A DNA stretch of 64,000 nt from a virus. Its lineage: Duplodnaviria > Caudoviricetes. The translations under genes and the position numbers were made by a program. Where the stretch lies: IMG/VR virus record IMGVR_UViG_3300043104_000334; one strand, 5' to 3'. Numbering within the stretch: the first letter of the stretch is position 1; each line of letters starts with the position of its first letter. This document shows, piece after piece, positions 29,063 to 39,894 of this stretch. The notes under the pieces were generated by a model. It was not told where the DNA came from. It searched no databases and saw only the letters and a program-made list of their open reading frames with translations.

Positions 29063-30361
29063 TTACAGGTCTCCCATATCGACCTCGTCATCACTTGACG
29101 TAAGGGTAACATCCGGGACAGCCTGTGCAAGCTGTGCAAGTGTCTGTCCCGCTGCACCGGCATCAATGATAGCCGCTGCCTGCTGAAGATTCTTCTGCTC
29201 TGTCTCCTCGAATGTAGGTTCTACCGGAGTATCTGCAGCTGGTGTTGATGTCTCAGCAGCTTCCTCTCCATTAGACTTACCCTCTTCTGCCTCTTTCTCA
29301 GCCAGCAATTCCTCAAACCGCTTCTTTACAACCGGAATCGTATCCAGTAAATGACTGTCGAGGAAGTCTTTGGACGCACGCTTTGTAGCATCATCTTCGT
29401 AGTTGATCGAACCGAAAATGGAATCATTTGTAGAGCACCACTTCTTAAACGCCGTTACAACCTCAGCCGGAGTGTGACTACTCTTGAGGTTACGGTTGCG
29501 GGACTTGATAAGCTCTGCAGTATCCTCAATTGTCTTTCCTACAACAAGACCATCTACGAGAGCCTTACCGGAGGATGCCCATCCCAGCGGGTCAGATTCC
29601 TCAAGTGAAAGCGAGTTTGCAATACCCTGAAAACTAGCACTCTGTCCTGCTGACTTCTTGTCCGTACCAATGTAATTGTAGCCGACCTCAAGGTAAGTCT
29701 TGTCATCATGGAAATAATCCGAGTTATCCTCGATAGCGATAAGCTCAACCATCTTAGCATTTGACAGCTCAAGCACTGCATACTGTGCGCTCTTCCAATC
29801 AGGTGTCTTATCATCCGGAAGCATCTTAACAACAAGCACCTGCGTTGTCATCTTCTGCTGTAAACCGGAAATTGCCGGAGACTTATCCGGATTGATCTTC
29901 TTTCCGTTTGCCGTCTTACCACCATTGTATTTAAGCTCGATACCCTCAAGAGCCTTTGCCAGTGCAACCTGATCGATAGACTTGCCAAGCTCAGCCGCCG
30001 TTCTCTGTGCTTCAGCTTCTTTGTTCTTCTTTTCACTCAAGCACTGTGCCTGATGGATAACACGTGCGATACGCGCCCAACTGTCAAGACCGGTCTTGTC
30101 CTTGAGTTCACCCGATTCGGATACATCATACATACCTTTACTGTAAGCGATGAAAGATGTGTTACACGCCTCGTAATCAAGAGAGCGTCCCGGCACTGTT
30201 GCTGCAGCAACGTCCCGCACTCCGGGCTCGATTTCGACTGTTCTGAAAAATAACCGATACTTTCCGTTAAGCTCCACAACCTTACTAAGTGGACGGTCAC
30301 TTCCCTGCTTATCTTTTGCTTTCTTTCCAGCTCTTAAAGAGCATGCTGTAATGTCTGCCAT
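29063..30361 (-). CDS. Probably abundant protein with acidic tail, possible ssDNA-binding protein
   Basis: First gene of the recombination operon; biased codons; tail SSDDEVDMGDL. Confidence 0.4.
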   Translation of the reverse strand: MADITACSLRAGKKAKDKQGSDRPLSKVVELNGKYRLFFRTVEIEPGVRDVAAATVPGRSLDYEACNTSFIAYSKGMYDVSESGELKDKTGLDSWARIARVIHQAQCLSEKKNKEAEAQRTAAELGKSIDQVALAKALEGIELKYNGGKTANGKKINPDKSPAISGLQQKMTTQVLVVKMLPDDKTPDWKSAQYAVLELSNAKMVELIAIEDNSDYFHDDKTYLEVGYNYIGTDKKSAGQSASFQGIANSLSLEESDPLGWASSGKALVDGLVVGKTIEDTAELIKSRNRNLKSSHTPAEVVTAFKKWCSTNDSIFGSINYEDDATKRASKDFLDSHLLDTIPVVKKRFEELLAEKEAEEGKSNGEEAAETSTPAADTPVEPTFEETEQKNLQQAAAIIDAGAAGQTLAQLAQAVPDVTLTSSDDEVDMGDL

Positions 30362-30548
30362 GATTCATAATCTCCTTTTGGTTAAATTTTGATTTTAAAA
30401 TGATTTTAAAAGATTGTCTCTAATAGCCGTGATATAACTATTATTGACGTTGGATAAAATTGGTTAAAGTATTAAATTGTTGACTCCCTTCATTCTTATT
30501 TATCACGTATCTATGAGAACAGGTATAACCTGCCACATATTCATTCTT

Positions 30549-30589
30549 TATCATTAGTATATGTTATTAACCTAGTCACTATTTCAGAA
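30549..30589 (-). promoter_or_regulatory. Bipartite promoter-like motif, copy B (TTCTGAAA-N18-CATATACTAATGATA)
   Basis: Both boxes identical to copies C and D. Confidence 0.75.
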
Positions 30590-31325
30590 TGGTTTCTAAA
30601 CGTTGTTCGTTAAACGAGTTTTTGTCAATATACATATACGGAATGTCATAGTGAATTGGTTTTAAGCCAACCATAATTTGATAAATGATATCCGTATCAT
30701 TTTTGTTCTCACCTAATTCACTGACAGAAACGCCATTCTTTTCACAGTAAGATCTCATCAACTTTTCAACCATAGGTATCAATACTGTAGACGGACTATG
30801 AACAATTATGTTTTTCATCCTTAGACAAGTAGCTGCCCTTGGTATAGTCAGTGCACATCCTAATTGCATGATCATGTTGTAAAGGAATATATACTCTGTG
30901 TCTGGTATATCTTCAATTGTAAGCTGTCTAGCCACAGTGTGCATCAACAATGTTGGAACATTCCAATTTATTTCTTTACTATAACTGATCTTATCAATTT
31001 TAGATATACCCTCAAACTCACTTCTAACGAGCTCTGTAAGAAATTCGTTACATTCTTTCTTTATCGCGAATAAGGGACCATCATAAGATTCGTCGTAGAC
31101 AATATAAAACTCGATATGTTGCAACTTTGAAGTTTTCATTTGAATTATGTTCATGGGTGCAACATAAATTTCAACAATAAAATCCAGATATGCATCGGCA
31201 AGACTAGAAACTATTTTTTCAAGCTTCACAACATCTGTGATAATATCTTCATCATTCTGCTTTATATCAGCAGCCATTCCACCCGTTGTTGCTGCGCTTA
31301 ATAATTGATTCATATTCATATTCAT
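30579..31325 (-). CDS. Hypothetical protein with N-terminal QLLSAA peptide
   Basis: AAGGAGGT RBS. Confidence 0.7.
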   Translation of the reverse strand: MNMNMNQLLSAATTGGMAADIKQNDEDIITDVVKLEKIVSSLADAYLDFIVEIYVAPMNIIQMKTSKLQHIEFYIVYDESYDGPLFAIKKECNEFLTELVRSEFEGISKIDKISYSKEINWNVPTLLMHTVARQLTIEDIPDTEYIFLYNMIMQLGCALTIPRAATCLRMKNIIVHSPSTVLIPMVEKLMRSYCEKNGVSVSELGENKNDTDIIYQIMVGLKPIHYDIPYMYIDKNSFNEQRLETILK

Positions 31326-31331
31326 ACCTCC

Positions 31332-31490
31332 TTAAGCAATTCCAATGAAACTAACGATTACATAAGCAATGCATATAAGTAGTATCCATTTCAATACTTT
31401 CATAGATATCTTGAATACCTTGCCGAGCAGTAATGCTAACACAAGAGTTATAATCGCAACAGATGGATTGTTAACTAACGTTTGTATCAC
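31332..31490 (-). CDS. 52-aa two-TM membrane protein (not in ORF track)
   Basis: GTG start; MIQTLVNNPSVAIITLVLALLLGKVFKISMKVLKWILLICIAYVIVSFIGIA fills the gap between neighbours. Confidence 0.55.
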   Translation of the reverse strand: MIQTLVNNPSVAIITLVLALLLGKVFKISMKVLKWILLICIAYVIVSFIGIA

Positions 31491-32526
31491 TATTATCACC
31501 CCCATAAGCATATATTAGGTCTCTACATTCAGAGTATACCTTTTGTCTTGCATACTTGACATTTTGAAAGTCCGTTAACCGGACAATATCTTTACCTACA
31601 CTAATGAGAGGATTTTCTCCGTCACCCTCATCAATCACAACTCCTTTAATTCCATTGAATTCAATTTCTTCACCGATCAAATACATAGGAATTACACTCA
31701 GGAATTTCCGTAACATTATTGGGTCAAACTTGCTACCTGCTTCTTTGACCATAAAGTCTCTTACCATTGTTCTAGGCAATGCATCTTTGTATGGACGTCT
31801 AGAACATAATGCCTCGTAACAGTCAGCAACGTGAACTAACCTAGCCAACTTACAAATGTGATAATCTCGTAAGCCTCTAGGGTATCCTGTTCCATCATGG
31901 TTCTCATGATGTTGTAACACAATCTGTTTAATTATAGTAGGCACGTTATCTGGTAAGTCTGATAATATCTCATAACTGTACAATGGATGGAGTTTCATTT
32001 CATTAAACTCCTGTACCGTAAGTTTACCTTTCTTATTCAAAATCTTAAAGTTAACTCTCATTTTACCAATATCATGTAATAAACTTCCGCAAGCTAAGGA
32101 ATGTAATTCATTGATATCAAACCCAGCCTTAATCGCATATGTTAATGCAAGATTGGCAACGTTTATTGAATGAGTATAAGTCCCTTCGTCGTAGTCATAT
32201 AACATGTTGAGGATAAGACTATTTTCATTCTCTCTAAGATTGTTTATCAAGATGTTTGCATAACGTGACACATCATTGATATTCAGTTTCTTTAAGCCAA
32301 TATAAGTGATATTACTCATATCTCTAAAAGCATAGTGATTAGTATCAAACTCATCACTAACAATAGGTTGCACTTTGATTTGTTGTATTCCATGTCTTGG
32401 TAACAACCTCTTCAAGGTAGCACTGACTGGGGTGCCCGGATTACATAATAGTGCCCCAGTCATGCCAAATATAGGTTCTGTTATAATCTGTCCAATGGCA
32501 GCATCCTTAATATTAACAGTATACAC
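31471..32526 (-). CDS. HD-GYP cyclic dinucleotide phosphodiesterase
   Basis: HSINVA, LHDIGK, HHENHDGTGYP, AD.YEAL..RPYK. Confidence 0.92.
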   Translation of the reverse strand: MYTVNIKDAAIGQIITEPIFGMTGALLCNPGTPVSATLKRLLPRHGIQQIKVQPIVSDEFDTNHYAFRDMSNITYIGLKKLNINDVSRYANILINNLRENENSLILNMLYDYDEGTYTHSINVANLALTYAIKAGFDINELHSLACGSLLHDIGKMRVNFKILNKKGKLTVQEFNEMKLHPLYSYEILSDLPDNVPTIIKQIVLQHHENHDGTGYPRGLRDYHICKLARLVHVADCYEALCSRRPYKDALPRTMVRDFMVKEAGSKFDPIMLRKFLSVIPMYLIGEEIEFNGIKGVVIDEGDGENPLISVGKDIVRLTDFQNVKYARQKVYSECRDLIYAYGGDNSDTNVS

Positions 32527-32530
32527 CGAT

Positions 32531-32734
32531 TCACGTCTGCTCCTTCTTGCCTACCGCATACTTGTCCATCAATTCCTGTATTCTGGCTCTCTTATCACCT
32601 GTGCCATGAACTGTGCACCTAAGCGAACCATTTGCCGTTTCACCCTTAGGATTATTTATCATTCTGGCACTCTGCCGTTTCGATAATCTGTGTTTTCTAT
32701 TCATCGTCAACCTCCACAAGTTCATCATTCTCAC
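32531..32734 (-). CDS. Small basic hypothetical protein
   Basis: Probable start at MNRKH after GGAGG. Confidence 0.45.
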   Translation of the reverse strand: MRMMNLWRLTMNRKHRLSKRQSARMINNPKGETANGSLRCTVHGTGDKRARIQELMDKYAVGKKEQT

Positions 32735-33056
32735 CTACAGTAAAGCGCTGATAACAACCCTTACACTGATAGCCGTCACCACGTTTGTTACGGATACTAT
32801 AGATGGTAGCACCACAACAAGAGCATTCCCCGATAGGCGTTCCCCATTCTTTTTCATGCTCCGGTAAAGGTATATTGAATACCTTTTCCTGACAATCGAA
32901 ACAGATACCGGTCTTAAAGACTTCTCTGTGAAACGCATCCAAATTAGGAAATGCTGACTGGAGTGGCATCCCTGCATTAAAAGAGAACACTCCCTCTTCA
33001 TCCACATCAATAGTTGTGCTATTTGCACAGAACGGGCATTTCTTTGTAACTTTCAT
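32697..33056 (-). CDS. Multi-CxxC zinc-ribbon protein
   Basis: CPFC, CFDC, CSCC, CKGC; GAGGAGG RBS. Confidence 0.7.
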   Translation of the reverse strand: MKVTKKCPFCANSTTIDVDEEGVFSFNAGMPLQSAFPNLDAFHREVFKTGICFDCQEKVFNIPLPEHEKEWGTPIGECSCCGATIYSIRNKRGDGYQCKGCYQRFTVGENDELVEVDDE

Positions 33057-33126
33057 AGTGAGTCCTCCTCATGACTTAATACATTCTATTTAGTATATTT
33101 ATACCAATAATTTTAACAGTTACACA

Positions 33127-34464
33127 TTAACCATGCCATTCATTATCACGCAAAACTGTATCATCACAAACGTCTACATCACCACAAACTGTAGTTTCCT
33201 TTTCTACTCTAGCGTCCTGATAAATTCTCGCATGACCATAAACCTCAACACTATCTTTAACTATAGCATTATCAAACACACTAGCCTCCTCAGAAACCTT
33301 AGCATTTCCAGAAACCTTGGCATTACCATACACTTGTGCACAAGCACCAATATAAGCACACTCATAAATTTCTGCATTCTCGAACACTCTTGCACCATCT
33401 ACCTTTGCATTGTCATATACACGTGCATTTCCATACACTTGTGCATTATCAATTATACATGCGTCGCCACTCACGTGAGCATTACCAAACACCAAAGCTT
33501 CGTCCGTTATCGTAACGTTACCATCAACGTAAGCTTCATCATAAATTTGAATCTCACCATTTATTGTAGCGTTACTACCAACCCTGGACTCTCCATAGAT
33601 ATAAGCCTCTTCAAACACTTTTGCATTACCGTACACGTAGGCATTACCTATTACTCTAGCGTCGCCATAAACTTTGGCATCATCAGCAACCCAGCAATTT
33701 CCTGTATGCGAGAGATTCTCTTCATACTGAATAAATCCACCTAAATCTCCAGCTTTGACTTTTCTACATTGACAATTAAAATCTTTTAAAGACACTATCC
33801 TGTGGAGTACATGACCATCCTCTTCAATTGTATCACCAGTGAATTCATATTTCTTTTCGTCAATCTGATTTGTATCATTACACACAAAGTGTATTGTATA
33901 ACATCCAGTATCAAGTATAGAATCACCACGAACCTTAGCAGAACCAGTTACAAAAGCATCCCTGCACACCTGTGCATAATCAGTAACCTTCCCACTCTCA
34001 TTCACTATAGCGTAACCATACACTCTAGCATTTCCACCAACAGTAGCATCATGATAAGCTTTAGTATCTCCATAAATCTTAGCATAGCCAGTTATATGTG
34101 CATGTCCAAATACTGCAGCTTCATCATAGACCATGGCATTCTCATCTACTAAAGCACTTCCATAAACCCTAGCATGGCCTTTTACACTAGCATGCCTTAA
34201 GACTTTAGCATCCTGATAAACCATAGCATCCTCGTACACCCAGCAATCACCATTATGCGATAAATTCTTTTCACTCTCAACATATCCACCCAATTCACCG
34301 GCTCTAACATAATTGCTTCCTGTGACATCTACTAATGCTCTTATCCTATGAAGTACGTGATTGTCTACCTCAATTGTTTCATCTGTGAGTTCATACTTCT
34401 TACCTGTTTTGTCCCCATCCGTATTAACCTTGCTAGCTGCACTTAATAGTTTATCTAATCCCAT
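33127..34464 (-). CDS. Hexapeptide-repeat (left-handed beta-helix) protein with two modules
   Basis: Two KKYE.T...LHRI...GG..E.E.NLSH.G.CWV caps, each followed by [VI]YGNA[KR]-type repeats. Confidence 0.85.
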   Translation of the reverse strand: MGLDKLLSAASKVNTDGDKTGKKYELTDETIEVDNHVLHRIRALVDVTGSNYVRAGELGGYVESEKNLSHNGDCWVYEDAMVYQDAKVLRHASVKGHARVYGSALVDENAMVYDEAAVFGHAHITGYAKIYGDTKAYHDATVGGNARVYGYAIVNESGKVTDYAQVCRDAFVTGSAKVRGDSILDTGCYTIHFVCNDTNQIDEKKYEFTGDTIEEDGHVLHRIVSLKDFNCQCRKVKAGDLGGFIQYEENLSHTGNCWVADDAKVYGDARVIGNAYVYGNAKVFEEAYIYGESRVGSNATINGEIQIYDEAYVDGNVTITDEALVFGNAHVSGDACIIDNAQVYGNARVYDNAKVDGARVFENAEIYECAYIGACAQVYGNAKVSGNAKVSEEASVFDNAIVKDSVEVYGHARIYQDARVEKETTVCGDVDVCDDTVLRDNEWHG

Positions 34465-34492
34465 TTGACTTCACCTACTTTACTATGAAACT

Positions 34493-35254
34493 CTATACTT
34501 CTACTTTACCATAAGTGATTATGACGTTGTCACATACTTTAGCATTTCCTTTAATCAAAGCATTACCAAGGACCTGTGCATTACCACATACTCTTGCATT
34601 ACCACAAACTTCAGCTTCTTCCCAAACTTGAGCGTTTTCATAAACTTCAGCTTTTCCACAGATATTAGCATTTCCATAAATGCTAGCATGACCATAAATC
34701 TTAGAGTGACCTGCTATCACAGCGTAATCATGAGCCTCAGCAAAAGCATGTATTTCTGCGAGTCCCTCCACATTAGCATGGCCATAGATCCGTGCATTGT
34801 CATAAACCTTAGCACACTGATAGATAGCACTGTTATCATAGACACGAGCGCAACCATATACATTAGCATCTCCATGAACCCATGCATGACCATATATACT
34901 AGCGCCATGGTTTACGTGCGCGTGTTCACAAACTCTTGCGGTATCATACACTTCAGCATTACCCATAATTTTAGCATTTTCTGAGACGCTTACATCTCCA
35001 TAAACCATAGCATTATCATACACCCAACAGCAGCCACCATGTGACAAATTCTCTTCCTTCTCAATAAAGCCGCCCAGACTACCATCCGTGACCCTTGATT
35101 CACTCCAACTCGGCCCAAAACTTTTTAATGCTTTTATTCTGTGAAGTATGTGACTATCGACAGTAATTATCTCATCAGTGAGAACATACTTCTTATCCTG
35201 CTCTCCATTGACATTAACTTTACCAGCTGCTTCCATTAAACTATCTAGACCCAT
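34493..35254 (-). CDS. Hexapeptide-repeat protein, paralogue of 33127-34464
   Basis: Same cap and repeats; start at MGLDSLMEAA after GAGGTG. Confidence 0.85.
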   Translation of the reverse strand: MGLDSLMEAAGKVNVNGEQDKKYVLTDEIITVDSHILHRIKALKSFGPSWSESRVTDGSLGGFIEKEENLSHGGCCWVYDNAMVYGDVSVSENAKIMGNAEVYDTARVCEHAHVNHGASIYGHAWVHGDANVYGCARVYDNSAIYQCAKVYDNARIYGHANVEGLAEIHAFAEAHDYAVIAGHSKIYGHASIYGNANICGKAEVYENAQVWEEAEVCGNARVCGNAQVLGNALIKGNAKVCDNVIITYGKVEV

Positions 35255-35267
35255 AACCAACACCTCA

Positions 35268-35777
35268 TCACAATAGTACTTCGTAGCTGTCTTCTGAACG
35301 CTTGATAATCTCAATAGGATAACCAAGTACAGGCTCACAGTCCGTGTACTTATTATCCGTGCAGTCATCAAGTAAGAAGCAGTTCCATACTTTTACAATG
35401 GCTGAGTATATACCGACTCCCTCCGGAGCTGCATCGTGCTGATGAATAAGTGCAAGGTTGAACTTCGCTTTTCTCCCGGTCGTAACATAATAACCCGTCC
35501 ATCTCAAGGCTTCCATAACCGTAATGAATTCATCATCACACACAACACCGTTCTTTACATACAGTGCAATCATATCAGCCTGCCGGATAAGCTCCGTTGC
35601 CTTTGTTCTCACATCAACCGGATCAACTCCGACAAACTTCTGGCACGTAAGCGCATATACCCTAGCAATCTTCGTGCAGAAGTGCGAAAGGTTAACTGAG
35701 CAATCTTTTTCTGTGTCTGTCTTAGCACCTCTTGGCCCACCCATAAGTGCCGCCTTTAATAATAACTCTTTTCCCAT
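35268..35777 (-). CDS. Hypothetical protein with N-terminal ELLLKAA peptide
   Basis: AGGAGG RBS. Confidence 0.7.
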   Translation of the reverse strand: MGKELLLKAALMGGPRGAKTDTEKDCSVNLSHFCTKIARVYALTCQKFVGVDPVDVRTKATELIRQADMIALYVKNGVVCDDEFITVMEALRWTGYYVTTGRKAKFNLALIHQHDAAPEGVGIYSAIVKVWNCFLLDDCTDNKYTDCEPVLGYPIEIIKRSEDSYEVLL

Positions 35778-35792
35778 GATATTTATGTCCTC

Positions 35793-36353
35793 CTATACTT
35801 TCATATATTTTGCCTGTCGTTGGCGTTCTTCATATTGAATCTCTTTTATTTCATCCTGTGTAAGGAATCTCTTTTCACTATAGTTCCATACACGTAAGGG
35901 TGTGCAGTAGTTGTATGCCTGATAAATAAGATTACGCGTCATGTAATCTTGACCATCCCAGAATAATACGGCCGCTTTATGACTTCTTCGACCTACATGT
36001 AGGAACATCTTTTCATTTCGTTCAAACCCAGCCTTGTTACCGCTAGACTCCCAATCAGCCTCGTACTTAAATACATTGTAATTATGACTGATTGCATAAT
36101 CCTCGGCAAGACTATCAGCTCCATTGTTATCACCGACTATAACAATAATCTCGTCATAGTTCTCTTTGGCATTAGTAAGGAGCTTATCCATAGATATAGT
36201 TAATAACTCCTGTGTAGGTATTGTCTTAACCATATCATCTATAACAGCTATGATATAATCATCACGCCGGAATCCTTTGTCACCAGATATCACGACATAG
36301 AACCGTCTTTTGTCAAGCTGCATTTCTTCATTAAGATTTTTCCAGTCAACCAT
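35793..36353 (-). CDS. YspA/SLOG-family protein
   Basis: ISGDKGF, GADSLAEDYA, ADW...AGFERNEKM, FWDG. Confidence 0.8.
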   Translation of the reverse strand: MVDWKNLNEEMQLDKRRFYVVISGDKGFRRDDYIIAVIDDMVKTIPTQELLTISMDKLLTNAKENYDEIIVIVGDNNGADSLAEDYAISHNYNVFKYEADWESSGNKAGFERNEKMFLHVGRRSHKAAVLFWDGQDYMTRNLIYQAYNYCTPLRVWNYSEKRFLTQDEIKEIQYEERQRQAKYMKV

Positions 36354-36364
36354 CTCAGCGCCTC

Positions 36365-37183
36365 CTAATCAGATATGTCATCATAGACATATTGTGGTAT
36401 GGAAACAGTGTCTGTGTCATTATAAGATACATTTGTCACAGCTATCATCATGTTATCAATAGTACACTGATAGTCCCCATACACAGCACTACCAATAGGA
36501 GTCACAGTTGCGGATAGTGTTAATATATCCAAAGAGCCGCTATCATACACAGCACGGAATGTGTAAGACGCATCTGATAATCCATACTGATTAAGTACAT
36601 ACTTCATATATGTATCAAAGTCAGAATCAGACAGAGAACTTACTTCTCCCTCAACGTAGAGTCTATCTCCATTCTGCTCAAACAGTGTAACCAACATATT
36701 ACTCGTTGACATACTATAAGAGTAATACTGCTCCTGAACATTATATTCCTTATGCTTCCATCCAAGATAATTACTGTTATAATACTCGAGATTATCATTG
36801 ATAGACACATAGGAGAATAACACGTCATTTGTAGTATTATCTCCAATTGAATCAGTACTCGTTATCGCCGAATAGGAATAGTTCTCATCAGTCTTGTGAA
36901 CAATAGTACTCTGTATATTGTGCTGAATGTTTCTATCATTCACAATAGCCGTTAAATCAATTACAGCCTGCAAATTAAGCTCTTGATACTTTGAAGCGAT
37001 ATCACCCTGTACCAACTGATAGCCATCAAACCCGAGAAGTTCTTCGAGCGTAGGTTCATAGACCTCAGTTGGTTCGGTTTCAGTCTCAGTCTCTTCAGCT
37101 AAGTTCCAAGGTAATTTAACAGAACATGCAGTTACTGATAATGAACTCATCAAACACAGTAAGCATGCCAATAACCTTTTCAT
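36365..37183 (-). CDS. Lipoprotein
   Basis: Signal peptide with VTAC lipobox, then Glu/Thr linker. Confidence 0.75.
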   Translation of the reverse strand: MKRLLACLLCLMSSLSVTACSVKLPWNLAEETETETEPTEVYEPTLEELLGFDGYQLVQGDIASKYQELNLQAVIDLTAIVNDRNIQHNIQSTIVHKTDENYSYSAITSTDSIGDNTTNDVLFSYVSINDNLEYYNSNYLGWKHKEYNVQEQYYSYSMSTSNMLVTLFEQNGDRLYVEGEVSSLSDSDFDTYMKYVLNQYGLSDASYTFRAVYDSGSLDILTLSATVTPIGSAVYGDYQCTIDNMMIAVTNVSYNDTDTVSIPQYVYDDISD

Positions 37184-37439
37184 TATCTTTAATCCTCCTA
37201 TACTTAATTAGGTTCTTATATCTATCTTTGTTTGTCTTGTATTGTGAGTCTTTTTAAACATTCCATAAGAATTATCTATAAGCTTCTTTATTACATTTTT
37301 GTTGACGCAGGAATCTTCATTGATGTTAGACTTATTACTTATATAATGCCTATAAGAACTTTCTACTTTCAACAAGAATCGATATAAGACCTTTTGTAAT
37401 TATCCTGCTTGGTCACAAACATCTTATGCTAAGCCTTTC

Positions 37440-38405
37440 TCAAAATGTTTTTGTTATAACCTCATATGCTTTAGCCGGTGGATAGTTAATGAAATGGGAA
37501 TCAAGTATTCCTTCGATCTCATCTTCCGATATGTATTCAATTCCGCGTAGATACTCAGCAGCCTTATCCCTGTATTCGTCTTCATCTGATTTCTCAGTTT
37601 TAACTTCGAAAGGAGTGCCGGCTGCAATTGCAGCCATTAGCAGTGTGCTCGCACGACAAGGATTACCACAGACAACAAACTTAGTTGGTACTTCAAAGGA
37701 TGCATCTAATCCATACTGCTTGTAAGAATCACGCCCAATTATGAGCGAATCTGCAACGCCGTTCAAGTCAAGCGTAAGGTCCCTGAAACATTTTTCAATG
37801 ATATCGATATTAGATACACTAACCGGTATGCTATGTCCCACTAAAGCTAATGATAAATCCTTTGCCGTTGTTTTAGGGAAACATTTTCCGCTGTCAAAGA
37901 ACTTTGATCCGCATCCATGCATTCTATCAATATAGAAAAACACAACAGACACAAACTCAATGATTGTTGTATTCATCTCGAATTCAGCAATAACATTTTC
38001 ACACAGATTCTTTAGGTAAGCCTTATCCCAGTCTATCTGTACTTCCGGGTCGTCAATGAAAGTATAGATATTGAATTTCGGAGTCTGTACCTTATAGTCG
38101 AAGAATTCTCTCCAGAACTCTTCAACAAACTTCTCTTTCCAAAACTTATCAACACCATCATCTGTGAATCCCGGCTTAGGATCGAACATCCCATTAAGAA
38201 TGTAATCACAATCCCGGTTCACTTCATAGACCGTATCTTCATCGTTCATGACTGCAAAACAAAATGCAGTTAACGTGGTAAGAAGTTCCCACGCACCGAA
38301 ACTGCCCTCCGGCTTCATTGTATCAATGAATTGAATAAGGTCCATAAGAATGAACCGCATATCATCTCTGAACTTTTTATAAAACTCACACTCTTCCCGT
38401 GTCAT
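37440..38405 (-). CDS. Hypothetical protein
   Basis: AAGGAG RBS; 321 aa. Confidence 0.7.
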   Translation of the reverse strand: MTREECEFYKKFRDDMRFILMDLIQFIDTMKPEGSFGAWELLTTLTAFCFAVMNDEDTVYEVNRDCDYILNGMFDPKPGFTDDGVDKFWKEKFVEEFWREFFDYKVQTPKFNIYTFIDDPEVQIDWDKAYLKNLCENVIAEFEMNTTIIEFVSVVFFYIDRMHGCGSKFFDSGKCFPKTTAKDLSLALVGHSIPVSVSNIDIIEKCFRDLTLDLNGVADSLIIGRDSYKQYGLDASFEVPTKFVVCGNPCRASTLLMAAIAAGTPFEVKTEKSDEDEYRDKAAEYLRGIEYISEDEIEGILDSHFINYPPAKAYEVITKTF

Positions 38406-38424
38406 TTACTTTTCTCCTTATACT

Positions 38425-38739
38425 TTAATCGTTTCCGAATCTTGATTCATCAAATGGAATACCCGCTCTTTTCAACAGTGACTTAAGATACTCATTGTCA
38501 ACTTTTAATCTAGAGTTGTCATCTTTCTCACTTGATAAGGCACTGTTGAGGCACTGCACATCATCTTTCATAAGCTGGATATCATTATTCATCCGACGTA
38601 ATGAACCCTTAAGTGCATCGGCAATAGTATCACATTGATCGTCCATACTCCTAAGAATAGGTATAATATCATTGGCGTCTTCAACAGTCCACCAATTACC
38701 GTTCACGAGTACCATGACTTTTCCCTCCTTATAAATCAC
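38425..38739 (-). CDS. Small coiled-coil protein
   Basis: Heptad pattern; internal AAGGAGG suggests a later start. Confidence 0.55.
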   Translation of the reverse strand: MIYKEGKVMVLVNGNWWTVEDANDIIPILRSMDDQCDTIADALKGSLRRMNNDIQLMKDDVQCLNSALSSEKDDNSRLKVDNEYLKSLLKRAGIPFDESRFGND

Positions 38740-39044
38740 TCATGAAAAATTTCAACACTGTGCACCTTTAATATATAACATTCTTTATTAGGTGCGCCAA
38801 GCTCCGGTTTACCCATACCAATACGAAGACTTGCTTCAACAATTATGCTACGGCATGACTCACTGTAGCCAGCCCGCAACATAACCTTTTTGATGTCCTT
38901 TCCAGTAGGCATACCGTTTTCATAGAAGTCAAATACTTTCTTGAATCGAATTGTCCAGTAAGGCTTAAACTCTCTATATTCCTCATCCTTTTCATGAGAA
39001 ACAATCTTGTTAAGCCAGTAAGTTTTGATAGGCAGTATTAACAT
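38736..39044 (-). CDS. ASCH/PUA-like domain protein
   Basis: LILPIK..WL.KI...EK.EEYRE.KPYW..R, LRAGY. Confidence 0.75.
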   Translation of the reverse strand: MLILPIKTYWLNKIVSHEKDEEYREFKPYWTIRFKKVFDFYENGMPTGKDIKKVMLRAGYSESCRSIIVEASLRIGMGKPELGAPNKECYILKVHSVEIFHE

Positions 39045-39063
39045 ACGTAACCCTCCTGTTATA

Positions 39064-39855
39064 TTATCTCCTAATGAGTAAATCCGTTCTCACGAACGGA
39101 TTAGACAGCGACTTAAGTTCTTTAAGCAGTTTCTCCTCATAAACATGTTCATCCAGTTTCCTGAGACCCTCGATGTCTTTACCTTTAGCACACTGAATAA
39201 TGAGTGCTTTTGGCAAACATCGTTTTATCTGTTTGATGTATGTGTCTCCAGTATCATCGTTATCTGGGACCATAATAAGCCTTGAACCAAACCTCTGCAG
39301 GATTGTTATCACGTAAGGTGTAAGGTGTGAACCTAACGACGCTAAAGCTTGGAACCCCTGTGACCTAAGGTATGCAGTACACATAAGACCCTCAGTCACA
39401 AATATAGGCTCCTTTGAAACATAATACTCAGGAAGTTTTTCCATCCCAAATAGCGTTGTTGCTTTAGCTTTATAACCATAGTTCTTCGAGTCAAGATACT
39501 TCGGTTCAGCAAATGGGTCCCATCCACAGAAACCCATTACTGAACCATGAACATCCTTTACAGGGAAAACACATCTACCCCACATAGGTACCCACTTGTT
39601 CTTGATAAACCCAAGTGATTCCTGTTGCATCCATTCTGGCATAGAGCCTATAGGCATATTTTCATCAACGCAGAATGCATCTAAATCTTTTGCAACCTGC
39701 AAGGGTAGTTCACGGGAGTCCTCAATAAACAGCTTCATTGCATGCTCGTGATAATCCTGCTGTTGGAAGAACTTTACAATATTGCCCAAGTCTTCACGGA
39801 CTTCCTCAATTGAGTATTCGTCAATATAAAGTTCATATTCATCAAACCCGTACAT
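39064..39855 (-). CDS. DnaG-type primase catalytic (TOPRIM) core without zinc-binding domain
   Basis: RCVFPV.D..G.VMGF.G, PKYLDS, VTEG, ASLGS, PDNDDTG. Confidence 0.85.
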   Translation of the reverse strand: MYGFDEYELYIDEYSIEEVREDLGNIVKFFQQQDYHEHAMKLFIEDSRELPLQVAKDLDAFCVDENMPIGSMPEWMQQESLGFIKNKWVPMWGRCVFPVKDVHGSVMGFCGWDPFAEPKYLDSKNYGYKAKATTLFGMEKLPEYYVSKEPIFVTEGLMCTAYLRSQGFQALASLGSHLTPYVITILQRFGSRLIMVPDNDDTGDTYIKQIKRCLPKALIIQCAKGKDIEGLRKLDEHVYEEKLLKELKSLSNPFVRTDLLIRR

Positions 39856-39894
39856 AGTGTTTTCTCCTATGGTGGTTAATGCTTAACTAACCAC

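Noticed and set aside
30501-30541. Sixth copy of the bipartite promoter
   Set aside because: Only a partial downstream box (CATAGATACGTGATA) and no TCTGAAA at the 18-nt spacing.
33133-34984. Long + strand ORFs opposite the hexapeptide genes
   Set aside because: Antisense shadows of repetitive codons; no RBS.
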